From positions 4,672,001 to 4,736,000 of the forward strand of contig OZ253462.1 of the NCBI GenBank assembly GCA_965261395.1: a stretch of DNA of 64,000 bases, given 5' to 3'. This stretch comes from Candidatus Latescibacterota bacterium. GTDB lineage: Bacteria; Latescibacterota; UBA2968; UBA8231. A model generated the notes under the pieces. It worked only from the letters and a program-made list of their open reading frames with translations, searched no databases and was not told where the DNA came from. This document shows, in pieces, positions 40,056 to 48,327 of the stretch; the first letter of the stretch is position 1; each line of letters opens with the position of its first letter. Both the position numbers and the translations under genes were made by a program.

Positions 40056-41992
40056 TAAAACGGCCCGGCGTGGTGCGAAGGCTCGTTGGCGTAGCGCTGG
40101 GTCTCCAGATCGAGGGTGATTTCGCAATGGGGGGGTACAGTGATACTCAGGTGTTTGCCATCAACGGTTATTTGGCGCTCTTCGGTCTCCAAGGGCGGCG
40201 CTGCGTACGTGCCGGCGTAGCCACCCATCCAGCCCGGATACTCGCTGGTGCGGCTTTGATAGGTAGCCCGGCCAAAGCGGTGCTCGCCAAAGGCCCCGCC
40301 CTGAATGACCAGTTCCCGGCCCTCGTTGTGGTTCAAATTGACCAAGCGCACGACCGTGCGGTCCGCGGCGAGCTTTTCCACCAAGGCACCGACGTCTTCG
40401 GGTAGGCCGGGGCGGCGGCGCTGGGCGTCAAAGTAGCGCAGGCGGGCGTGCAGCAGGCCGCCGTTGTAGATAGGCTGTGGGCCGCCCATAGTTAGCTGGA
40501 TGAGCGCTTCAGAGGAGACCGGATTGCCCCATTGCCAGTGGTGTACGTGGTGGCGGGTACCCACGTCTTGGTCGACGCGCATTTGGGCCAAACGGCGGCC
40601 GGCCACTTGGTACGTGGCCTGCAACATTTGCTCTGGGTAGGTCGGGTTGGCTCCGGCCAGAAAGCGCACCCAAGGGGCCTCGTGGCCCGAGTCCTCTTTG
40701 TTGTGGAAGGGGAACACCGCGGCCCAGTCGAACGCTTCTTTTTGCCGAATGGCCTCCATGCGCTCCCAGTCGCCCTCGTCCATGGACAAATTCCACAGCG
40801 TCACCGAGTACACCGGACTCATGGGCTGCCAGTCGAACCAGCCAGCATCGCCGTAGCGGTAGGGCACCAAAAAGGTTTCGCGCTGTTCGCCCATAGCGGC
40901 AAATTGGCTTGCCCAGCGCTCGGCCACGCTCATGTACTGGTCGCGGATATCCTCCATGCGCCCTTGTTCCAAGATGCGGTCCATCTGCTGGCGCGGCAGG
41001 TCGAGATAGGCGCGGTCGCGGGTCAACAGGTAGGCGTTGGCCGCCGCGTCGAGGGTGGCTTTCTGCAAGGTCAAAAATCCGTGCGGAAAGGTCCAGCCGT
41101 AGCGCCCGCCGTACCAGTTGCCAGCGCAGTATTCGCCCACTTGGCCCGACAGGCCAACGTTGTCCGGCAACATGCCGTCGTTAGCCTGTGCCCGCTCCAC
41201 CCAAGCGTCGGTGTATTCTACGACCCAAGCGCGGTATTTTTCGTCGCCGGTGATCAGGAAGGCGTTGGTAGCCAGTGAGGTGACGGCCAAGTTGGTCGGG
41301 GTGTCGCCCTGACGCCAGCGGTCGAACAGGGTCTGCCCCATCAAGCGGGCTTTGGCCGGGTCGGCTAAGTCCTGCACGCAGGTGATGCCAGGCAAGTCGA
41401 AAAAGGGTAGGTTGTACACTTCCATGCTGCCGCCCAACGGATTGTAGCTTTGGTGGTCGCGCTCGGTTAGCGGGGCAAAATAGGGGCCGTGGCTGCCGTT
41501 GAGGCCCGAGCGCAGGATCTTGTGCTCGGGGTCGTAGTTTTGCGCTTCAGGGTCTTCGTTGAGGTAAAAGCCGGCAAAGCGGCGGGCCCGTTCGACGCGC
41601 CGGGGGGCGTTGGGGTGGGCCAAGCACAAATGGTAAAAGCAGATGTCGCTTTCGGCTTGGTGCATCTGGTCTTCGCGGATGCCGTATTCCTTGCTAACAG
41701 TGCCCAAGCGGGTCAGTTGGCGAGTGATGGCCTCCCATTGGCGGTCGGCCAAGTGCAACAGGTGCTCGCCGCCGCCCATCAGATAAACGAGCGGCCAGTT
41801 GAAAAATGGCTCGTAGAAATCGTCGGGGCTACCGCCGCCCCACTCGTCCTGCCAGATGAATTCGCCGTCCTCGCGAGTAAAGTGGTCGAGAAAGGGCTGC
41901 ACCGATTGGTCCAAGGCGTCGAAGAGGCGGCGCTGCCACACGGCCCAATGGGCCGGCGCGTTGAGCGGGGTATTGGCGGTCAAGCTTTTCAT
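40055..41992 (-). CDS. conserved hypothetical protein (645 aa), possible alpha/alpha-barrel carbohydrate-active enzyme
   Basis: Long ORF with host-like codon use and an upstream promoter; Trp/Tyr/Asp-rich helical segments (DDFYE.F.NWP, KYRAWVVEY.DAW). Confidence 0.7.
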   Translation of the reverse strand: MKSLTANTPLNAPAHWAVWQRRLFDALDQSVQPFLDHFTREDGEFIWQDEWGGGSPDDFYEPFFNWPLVYLMGGGEHLLHLADRQWEAITRQLTRLGTVSKEYGIREDQMHQAESDICFYHLCLAHPNAPRRVERARRFAGFYLNEDPEAQNYDPEHKILRSGLNGSHGPYFAPLTERDHQSYNPLGGSMEVYNLPFFDLPGITCVQDLADPAKARLMGQTLFDRWRQGDTPTNLAVTSLATNAFLITGDEKYRAWVVEYTDAWVERAQANDGMLPDNVGLSGQVGEYCAGNWYGGRYGWTFPHGFLTLQKATLDAAANAYLLTRDRAYLDLPRQQMDRILEQGRMEDIRDQYMSVAERWASQFAAMGEQRETFLVPYRYGDAGWFDWQPMSPVYSVTLWNLSMDEGDWERMEAIRQKEAFDWAAVFPFHNKEDSGHEAPWVRFLAGANPTYPEQMLQATYQVAGRRLAQMRVDQDVGTRHHVHHWQWGNPVSSEALIQLTMGGPQPIYNGGLLHARLRYFDAQRRRPGLPEDVGALVEKLAADRTVVRLVNLNHNEGRELVIQGGAFGEHRFGRATYQSRTSEYPGWMGGYAGTYAAPPLETEERQITVDGKHLSITVPPHCEITLDLETQRYANEPSHHAGPF

Positions 41993-42043
41993 GCGGTAGC
42001 GCTCCTGAGTAGTTGCGGCGGGGTTGCCACTTCTGCGCGGGTG

Positions 42044-42072
42044 ATTTTAGGAAGATAAAGAGCGCGTGTAAA
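42044..42072 (-). promoter_or_regulatory. putative sigma70 promoter (TTTACA-17-TAAAAT)
   Basis: Reverse complement of 42044-42072, upstream of ATG 41992. Confidence 0.55.
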
Positions 42073-42167
42073 GCAGCTTGACGGAGCGGAACGAGGCGGT
42101 TTATTTGCGCCTTGCCGAGGTCGTCTTCCGAGTGGGCGACAAAAAACCGCTGATTGGAGAAGGGTGT

Positions 42168-42614
42168 ATGCGCCGCAGTATGGGAATTGCCCTGTGGAGC
42201 GTGGTCCTGTTGGGGGCGGCCGGTTGCACGCCCGACCTGCCCCCAGGACCGCTGCGCATCCAAGTCACCGGAGAAGAGTACATCTGGCAATTCCGCTACC
42301 CAGGCCCCGACGGTGCCTTGCAGACCGACGACGATATCATCAAGCCGGGAAAGGAGTTACATCTACCGCTTGGCATGTCGATTGAACTCGAACTGACCAG
42401 TCGAGACTACATCTACACCTTCGCCCTACCCCATCTCGACCTACATCAGGTCGCCGTGCCCGATTTGACCTTTCCGCTGACTTTCGTCCCACAGGCCACC
42501 GGCGTATTCGCCTTTGTCGGCGACCAAATGTGCGGCTTTGAACACGAGTCGCTCAACGGCCGCGTGGTAGTCGAGTCGCCAGCGGCTTTCGTCGATTGGT
42601 TGGAGAGGCCGTGA
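42168..42614 (+). CDS. cytochrome c oxidase subunit II-like cupredoxin lipoprotein (stand-alone)
   Basis: Start at ATG 42168; lipobox AAGC; I.VTG..Y.W.F.YPGPDG, L.LP.G..I.L.LTS.D, CG..H. Confidence 0.75.
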   Translation: MRRSMGIALWSVVLLGAAGCTPDLPPGPLRIQVTGEEYIWQFRYPGPDGALQTDDDIIKPGKELHLPLGMSIELELTSRDYIYTFALPHLDLHQVAVPDLTFPLTFVPQATGVFAFVGDQMCGFEHESLNGRVVVESPAAFVDWLERP

Positions 42615-42709
42615 TAGGTTTGGGGAAAATTCAGTAACCGTGACGAACAACTACTGTCCGAGTACGTCACAGCGTCGAAGCCTATCGGCAGAGGACGACA
42701 CGAGAAATT

Positions 42710-43315
42710 TTAAGACCGGCGCAGCGTGTCAATGAGCCGTCGCGCATGGCAAGAGGCTTCCACCACTTTACTCGGATCCAAGCATCCAAGAAGGTCAAAC
42801 GAATGCCGACCCTTCCGGTATGTTCCTTTACCTTTAGAGCACGACCTTGTCGCCTGTTTCAGCGCTGGTTCAAGGTCATCTTTTGCGATGGCCTCCACAT
42901 CGTCTCGCGCAGATAACGCGGCGGCGTTGAAATCCTTGCCAAAATAGTCACCCAAAGATTGCCGGTCTGCGACGAACCAGGCTTCCATGCACTGCACCAT
43001 GAGTTGTGCGCTGTCATCCACGGCGGCCGAGGGCTGGGTCCATTTATCGCGTTTCTTTAGGTGCTCCCAGGGGCTATCGCCGGCTGCGACTGCGGCCTCA
43101 CTATCTACCAAGAGAACGATAAAACTGTCGTCTTCGGCTTGACCAATAGCCGTACAAAATTGGTCGTATGCTCTTTGTCGGGAACCGCAAGCGATAACGC
43201 GCGGCATGCGGCCCTCAAGCCCGGCCTTGCTAAAAAACTCCCTGAAACCATTGCGACATTGTCTTCTTAATTGATTAGAGTCTCCACCACCCTCGACATA
43301 TACCTTGATGCTCAC
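42710..43315 (-). CDS. DUF4276-like TOPRIM-fold protein
   Basis: VYVEGGGD, ACGSR, LLVDSE, MVQCMEAWF.AD, Y.KG.HS; GTGA coupling to the upstream ATPase. Confidence 0.75.
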   Translation of the reverse strand: MSIKVYVEGGGDSNQLRRQCRNGFREFFSKAGLEGRMPRVIACGSRQRAYDQFCTAIGQAEDDSFIVLLVDSEAAVAAGDSPWEHLKKRDKWTQPSAAVDDSAQLMVQCMEAWFVADRQSLGDYFGKDFNAAALSARDDVEAIAKDDLEPALKQATRSCSKGKGTYRKGRHSFDLLGCLDPSKVVEASCHARRLIDTLRRS

Positions 43316-44538
43316 CAAGGATTCCCCCCAATCTCGCCACTGCTCCAGAGGTCACCGAGCCGGTAGTTCTCCAACCAAGCGGCCATTTTCTTTTCGTCGA
43401 GACGGCGCATCACAGTCTGCCCGTCGCGCTTTTCACAAACCACGATACTCCACCATTCATTGGTCAGGGCATCGACGAGCATGTCCGAATGGGTCGTTAC
43501 AATTAACTGGCTGCGTTCGGACGCTTCAAGCAACAACTTGCTCACCGTCGGCAGTATGTCCGGATGCAGGCCCAGTTCGGGTTCCTCGATACAGATGAGG
43601 GGCGGCGGTTGCGGGTGGCAGAGCACGGCGAGCAAACAGAGGTACCGCAGCGTACCATCCGAAAGACGAGTAGCCGGTATGACCACGTCGCCTTCCTCTA
43701 AGAACAGTTGGACCGTACTACCCTCAATCTTGACGTGGAAATCGGTTATGCCTTCGTAGAATTTGCTTAAAGCGTCCAGCAGACGCCGCTTTACCGCTGG
43801 CTCGCCTTGGAACCTGTTCAACACCAAGGCTAAGTTTTTCCCGTCTTCTTGCAGGAAATCGTTGGGAAGGTCGGCCTTCTGCGGCAAACGCAGTGGGGAA
43901 TCGCGCCCAAGCGACCACTCGCGATAAATGCGAATGCGGCTCAATACCTCGCCGAGGTACGTCAGTTCGGGGTATTGGTCGGGATCTTTGCGTTGGGACA
44001 GAATGGACTGGTCCGGTTTAATCTCCTCGGGACGAAAGTCGTACCCCAGCCGAGGACGAACATGAGGGAACTTCGCCTTTACGGTAGCCAGTATCTCCGG
44101 ACTCAAGTCATCCTCATCCTTAAAAGTGAGAAACGCCCGCCCGCCCTTCTGATTGTAATAGATATACGGCTCCTCATGTCCTTCATCACTCTGTTCGTTC
44201 TCTATCCGCTCTTCGATCAGTTCAAATCGCTGGCCGCGCTCGGCAAAACCCAGCCGGTATCGCAACGCCTGCGGCCCTTGTGGGTTCTCCACAATGGCCT
44301 CGATATGGGCAGTACCCTCCGGTTTTCCCCGCCAGATCCAATCGTGGATACCCCCGCCCTCACGAATAGGTGCGGCCAAATCTCGCGGAGCCGACCGGAG
44401 GATATCGATGCTCTCTAGAAGATTGGACTTCCCCGAACCATTGGGGCCGATCAATACATTTAGCCGCTTGAGTTCGAGTCCTCTGGAGTCGGGGCCGAAT
44501 GAGAGCAGGTTGGTCTGTTTGATACGACGAATGAGCAT
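43312..44538 (-). CDS. ABC-type ATPase (AAA_21/AAA_15 family)
   Basis: Walker A GPNGSGKS, signature LSDGT, Walker B/D-loop IEEPELGLHP, H-loop TTHS, tail LGDLW.SG.IGG.P. Confidence 0.9.
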   Translation of the reverse strand: MLIRRIKQTNLLSFGPDSRGLELKRLNVLIGPNGSGKSNLLESIDILRSAPRDLAAPIREGGGIHDWIWRGKPEGTAHIEAIVENPQGPQALRYRLGFAERGQRFELIEERIENEQSDEGHEEPYIYYNQKGGRAFLTFKDEDDLSPEILATVKAKFPHVRPRLGYDFRPEEIKPDQSILSQRKDPDQYPELTYLGEVLSRIRIYREWSLGRDSPLRLPQKADLPNDFLQEDGKNLALVLNRFQGEPAVKRRLLDALSKFYEGITDFHVKIEGSTVQLFLEEGDVVIPATRLSDGTLRYLCLLAVLCHPQPPPLICIEEPELGLHPDILPTVSKLLLEASERSQLIVTTHSDMLVDALTNEWWSIVVCEKRDGQTVMRRLDEKKMAAWLENYRLGDLWSSGEIGGNPW

Positions 44539-44563
44539 ATCCTACCTTCACAATCTCCAGTAG

Positions 44564-45214
44564 TTAAGAGCTTTGGCTACTGGGAAAGAACAACCGCTTC
44601 AGCCAATCAGCGAGAACATCTACTTCTGTAACACTGGGATCAAGGAAGCAGGCACTAATGGCCGTCCCGAAAGGCCGTCCCGGCTCTTCCTGCCAAGCAA
44701 GCCAAGTATGGATGACCGCCTTTGGCTCAGCTAGTTGCTTGAAACGCCGCTCGCCTTCAGGGATAGCTGCCACACTGGCCTTAGCATGGTCAAAAAGAAT
44801 ATTAGGTTGCGGAACAAGGAAGTGCAGGAAATCCTCCAAGATTCCACTTGTCTGGTTATTCGGCATAATCCAGACGCCCAATCGCGGTAGATAACTTCCT
44901 GCCGGAGGATCGAGGATCGTTCCGTCCGGGTCTGGTTGATCAGGCACATTTTGGTATCCGAAATCGGTGATTCGATCTCGTATCGACTGCCAACGGGCGC
45001 TTATGTCCGTATCGGCATCAATGACTACCCCAATAGCGTCGCCCTCCTGGATCAATAATGGGAGTCGGACCCCAAGGTTCTCAATGAGTTTTATGTCATT
45101 GCCACAGTTCTCCACTTCGTCGAGATGGGGAATACCGTGATTCCCACAGATATGCTTCAGGACGTGCTCGTCGTCGGTGCCCTCCACCAAGAGGATTTTC
45201 CTCCCATTTGCCAT
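44564..45214 (-). CDS. DUF3226-like TOPRIM-fold protein
   Basis: LLVEGTDD, GVVIDAD, GVWIMPNN..SG.LEDFL, KA.IHTWLAWQ.EPG. Confidence 0.78.
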   Translation of the reverse strand: MANGRKILLVEGTDDEHVLKHICGNHGIPHLDEVENCGNDIKLIENLGVRLPLLIQEGDAIGVVIDADTDISARWQSIRDRITDFGYQNVPDQPDPDGTILDPPAGSYLPRLGVWIMPNNQTSGILEDFLHFLVPQPNILFDHAKASVAAIPEGERRFKQLAEPKAVIHTWLAWQEEPGRPFGTAISACFLDPSVTEVDVLADWLKRLFFPSSQSS

Positions 45215-45215
45215 A

Positions 45216-46328
45216 TCAGCGCACCTCGATTTGGTCGCGGGTTGCTATGGCAAGTTCATCTTCTGATAGCACAGTGGGAATAATGTCCTCACCCCTGCGA
45301 GCCAAGCGTATAAGCACCCCCTCTTCAGGCGCTTCCGCCGCCGCTTTCTGAAACGCCTCGACCGCGTCCCAACTATGGGACGTCGCAAAGACTTGAATAT
45401 CGAGCTTTTGCGCCAACCGGAATATCGTGCGCCACACATCCAACTGCACGGTGTGATGCAGACCGTTTTCAAACTCATCCACCAGCAAAAGTCCCCCGCG
45501 AGCATTGACAAGCGAGAGAATGATTCCAAACAGCCGATTCAGTCCGTCGCCAAACGAGCGCAGTGGAATAGGCCGTGCGATATTGTCTGCTCGTACAATG
45601 GCGGTAAGCTTTCTGCGAGTGCTGCCAACCATGGAAACGGCAGAGATCTGAGGACTGATTATGTGCAACGCTTCAACGACATCCTTTTCCCTATCAGATA
45701 GCGCGATTTTATCCCACAATGGCCCCAACGCTCCTGTGCTTTCTCCGCTGTAGGGACTGACGAAGATACAGGACATCCGGGTTCCATTGGATGCTTCAAA
45801 ACGCGCTCTGTGCATCGGATGAAGGTATCTGCCAAAACGATCAAGCCGATGGGCTTTTTTTGTGTCTTGTGTCTCGACGATCAAAGCAGCTATACCGTCT
45901 GGTTCTAGTTTGCCAAGAGGGACCAACCGATATTGTCCGTCCGAGTCGGATTCCTCTGATAGCCAATCCAAGCATATTGTCATGCTTATTGGGCTCAACT
46001 TGCCACTAGTTGAAATAGCGATCGGCTTAGGGCTCTCTGAAAGCAGAGGGAATCCGTGGAACAGCCCAGAGACCTGAAGCAAGCTATCGGGGTCAGCGGG
46101 GTGTTCTTCTTCCTCTGCTCCCTCAATATTTTCTTCACGGTGTCTGACTATGTCGTAAATCACGTCAGGCGCGGCATTGTTTGCGAGAATACGCAGCCCT
46201 TCAAGAACAGATGATTTTCCGGCGCTGTTCTTTCCTGTAATCAGGTTCACGCGCCCCAAGCCACAGATGGTCAACTCGCGGAATACGCGGAATCGCTCCA
46301 GCGTTATGCTCTCAATTTTGAGGCTCAT
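45216..46328 (-). CDS. ABC-type ATPase (AAA_15/AAA_21 family)
   Basis: NLITGKNSAGKS, signature FGDG, LLVDEFENGLH, FATSHS, ends IEVR. Confidence 0.9.
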   Translation of the reverse strand: MSLKIESITLERFRVFRELTICGLGRVNLITGKNSAGKSSVLEGLRILANNAAPDVIYDIVRHREENIEGAEEEEHPADPDSLLQVSGLFHGFPLLSESPKPIAISTSGKLSPISMTICLDWLSEESDSDGQYRLVPLGKLEPDGIAALIVETQDTKKAHRLDRFGRYLHPMHRARFEASNGTRMSCIFVSPYSGESTGALGPLWDKIALSDREKDVVEALHIISPQISAVSMVGSTRRKLTAIVRADNIARPIPLRSFGDGLNRLFGIILSLVNARGGLLLVDEFENGLHHTVQLDVWRTIFRLAQKLDIQVFATSHSWDAVEAFQKAAAEAPEEGVLIRLARRGEDIIPTVLSEDELAIATRDQIEVR

Positions 46329-46377
46329 TGCATTCCCCTTTCACTAGGGTACTTCGTCCATTTCTTCATCTTGCGAC

Positions 46378-46407
46378 AATATACGCGAACTGCTCGAACT
46401 GCTTCAA
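46378..46407 (-). promoter_or_regulatory. putative promoter of the ATPase/TOPRIM operon (TTGAAG-18-TATATT) with a tandem 9-bp repeat in the spacer
   Basis: CGAACTGCT occurs twice in tandem at 46386-46403, overlapping the spacer and the -35 element. Confidence 0.45.
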
Positions 46408-46463
46408 CCGTCGCCAAGATGGATGCGTTCATCCACTTCCCCGCCCTAGCCGTCACCCTCCCC

Positions 46464-47519
46464 TCAGTCCAGCCGTATCTCCCCGCCCGCTTCTTGGCTC
46501 CGATAGATCCCATCGAGGATTTTCATCACCTGTAAGGATTGTTCCGGCGGCACCGGCGAGGGCCGCCCTTGGGCGATCGCCGCGGCGAACTCCACGCATT
46601 CCTGCGCGTGGGCTTCGAGGCCGTCGTACATCAGCATGAGCTTGCGGTCGTACTGCTGGCGGGTCTCGTTGTTGCTCTCGCAAATCGAGCACTCGGGCCA
46701 ATGCGCCCCGCCGCGAGTGCCGTAGAGCCACATCTGCATGTCCTCGCCTTGGACATTGTGGTGCAAAAGCCAGCTCACCTCCAGCATGAGCGTTGCGCCG
46801 TTGTCAAAGCGCACAAAGGCCGCGGCAAAATCCTCGACATCGTAGTGAGATGGGATCGGCTGGCGGCCCCATTGGCTGAAAGCCCCTTCTTGGTGCGCCA
46901 ATTCAGCGCGGGCCACGCCCGAAATGGCCACCGGCTCGGGATGCCCCATAAACCACAAGGTCAGGTCGAGAATGTGAACCCCAATGTCGATGCAGGGGCC
47001 GCCGCCGCTGTGCTCCTTGAGAATAAACCCGCCGCCGACCGGCGCGCCGGCCCGGCGCAGCATCCAACTGCGGGCGTGGTAGATGTCGCCGAGCGCGCCT
47101 GTGTCCAACTCGGCCTTCAGCGCGCGGGACGAGCCTTGAAAGCGAAAGTGCTGCGCCGTCATCAGCTCCTTGCCCGAGGCATCGCGCGCCGCAATCATCT
47201 GGCGAACGTCCTCGGGCGTGGGGGCCAAAGGCTTTTCGCAGATCACGTGCTTGCCAGCCGACAGCGCGGCAATGGCCAACGGAGCGTGATACATATTGGG
47301 CGTGCAGATGTCGATAATGTCGATATCTGAATCGCTGAACAGCGCCTCCGGGTCGGTGTGCAGCTTGGTGACCCCGTTTTCTGCGCCAAAGTGCTGTAGC
47401 GCGTCCTCGCTAATATCGCTGCCGGCGATCAGTTCGGCCTCGCTAGAAGCCTGCCAGCCGGGGAGATGCGTGCGGGCGATCCCGCCAACGCCGACGATAC
47501 CTACTTTGAGCTTGCTCAT
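46464..47519 (-). CDS. Gfo/Idh/MocA family oxidoreductase
   Basis: GIVGVGGI, ICTPN..H, GKHVICEKP, GGG..IDIGVH.LD. Confidence 0.92.
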   Translation of the reverse strand: MSKLKVGIVGVGGIARTHLPGWQASSEAELIAGSDISEDALQHFGAENGVTKLHTDPEALFSDSDIDIIDICTPNMYHAPLAIAALSAGKHVICEKPLAPTPEDVRQMIAARDASGKELMTAQHFRFQGSSRALKAELDTGALGDIYHARSWMLRRAGAPVGGGFILKEHSGGGPCIDIGVHILDLTLWFMGHPEPVAISGVARAELAHQEGAFSQWGRQPIPSHYDVEDFAAAFVRFDNGATLMLEVSWLLHHNVQGEDMQMWLYGTRGGAHWPECSICESNNETRQQYDRKLMLMYDGLEAHAQECVEFAAAIAQGRPSPVPPEQSLQVMKILDGIYRSQEAGGEIRLD

Positions 47520-47574
47520 GGTTTATCCTTTTTTCGATTGTGGTTTGATATACAGCAAAAAGCTGTGTTTAGGT

Positions 47575-48327
47575 TCATATCCGCGTCAGGGCTTCCGCCG
47601 GCATCCAACCGCCGAGGCCGTTGGCCAGCCGCACCAGCATCCATTCCCCCTCCTGCCGCACCAAGCGCACCTTGGTGCCCTCGTGCGCGACAAAAACTTC
47701 CGTCTGCCCGAGGTCAGGGCCGGAGTGCGCGCGTGCCTCGACAACTGTGACGATGGCTTCGCTCGTCTGCGCCTGATGGCGCAGGCGCGTCCCCAGCCAC
47801 AGCGCGGATCCAACGCTCAGCCCCGCACAGAGCAAAACCCCGACTAGCCACAGCGCCCCGGGGCGCGTCTGCGCAAACAACCAACGCACCCCCAAGACAA
47901 AGACCGCGAAAAACGCCACGGCGAACAGCAGGCTGAGCTGGTTGAACGTAGGCCAAAAATAGGCGGCTACCAGTGCGGCTACCAGCGCGTTGAGGCCATC
48001 CTCGGTTTGTGGGTCGCGGTCCTGCTTCACGAGGTTGGCGAAGCGCAGATTGGCCTCGATGTCCTCGTCGTGCGGTAGCAAGCGCCGCGCCCGCTCATAC
48101 CAGAGAATCGCCTCGCCCAGCTTCCCGGACTTGAAGCAGGCATTGCCCAGATTGTAGTAGATCCGAGCGTCTTGCACCCCGGAATCCACCACCTCCAAGT
48201 AGCTGCGCCGCGCCGCCGCAAAATTCCCGTCCCGATAGAGTGCGTTGGCCTCGTTGTACTGCCCAGCCGTGGCCCCGGCGTGGAGTTGGGTGCCCAACAG
48301 GAGCAACAGCGCCAGTGTGCGCATCAT
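47575..48327 (-). CDS. batE: BatE-like TPR + SH3 protein
   Basis: YYNLGNA.FK.G.LG.AIL.YERA..L.P.D.DI..NL, two TM segments, HEGTKV...W..V.L.NG..GW. Confidence 0.82.
   Translation of the reverse strand: MMRTLALLLLLGTQLHAGATAGQYNEANALYRDGNFAAARRSYLEVVDSGVQDARIYYNLGNACFKSGKLGEAILWYERARRLLPHDEDIEANLRFANLVKQDRDPQTEDGLNALVAALVAAYFWPTFNQLSLLFAVAFFAVFVLGVRWLFAQTRPGALWLVGVLLCAGLSVGSALWLGTRLRHQAQTSEAIVTVVEARAHSGPDLGQTEVFVAHEGTKVRLVRQEGEWMLVRLANGLGGWMPAEALTRI

Noticed and set aside
42615-42709. Search for att sites or direct repeats bounding the ATPase/TOPRIM island
   Set aside because: No convincing match to the 46330-46463 flank; only a 6-bp inverted repeat GTGACG/CGTCAC.
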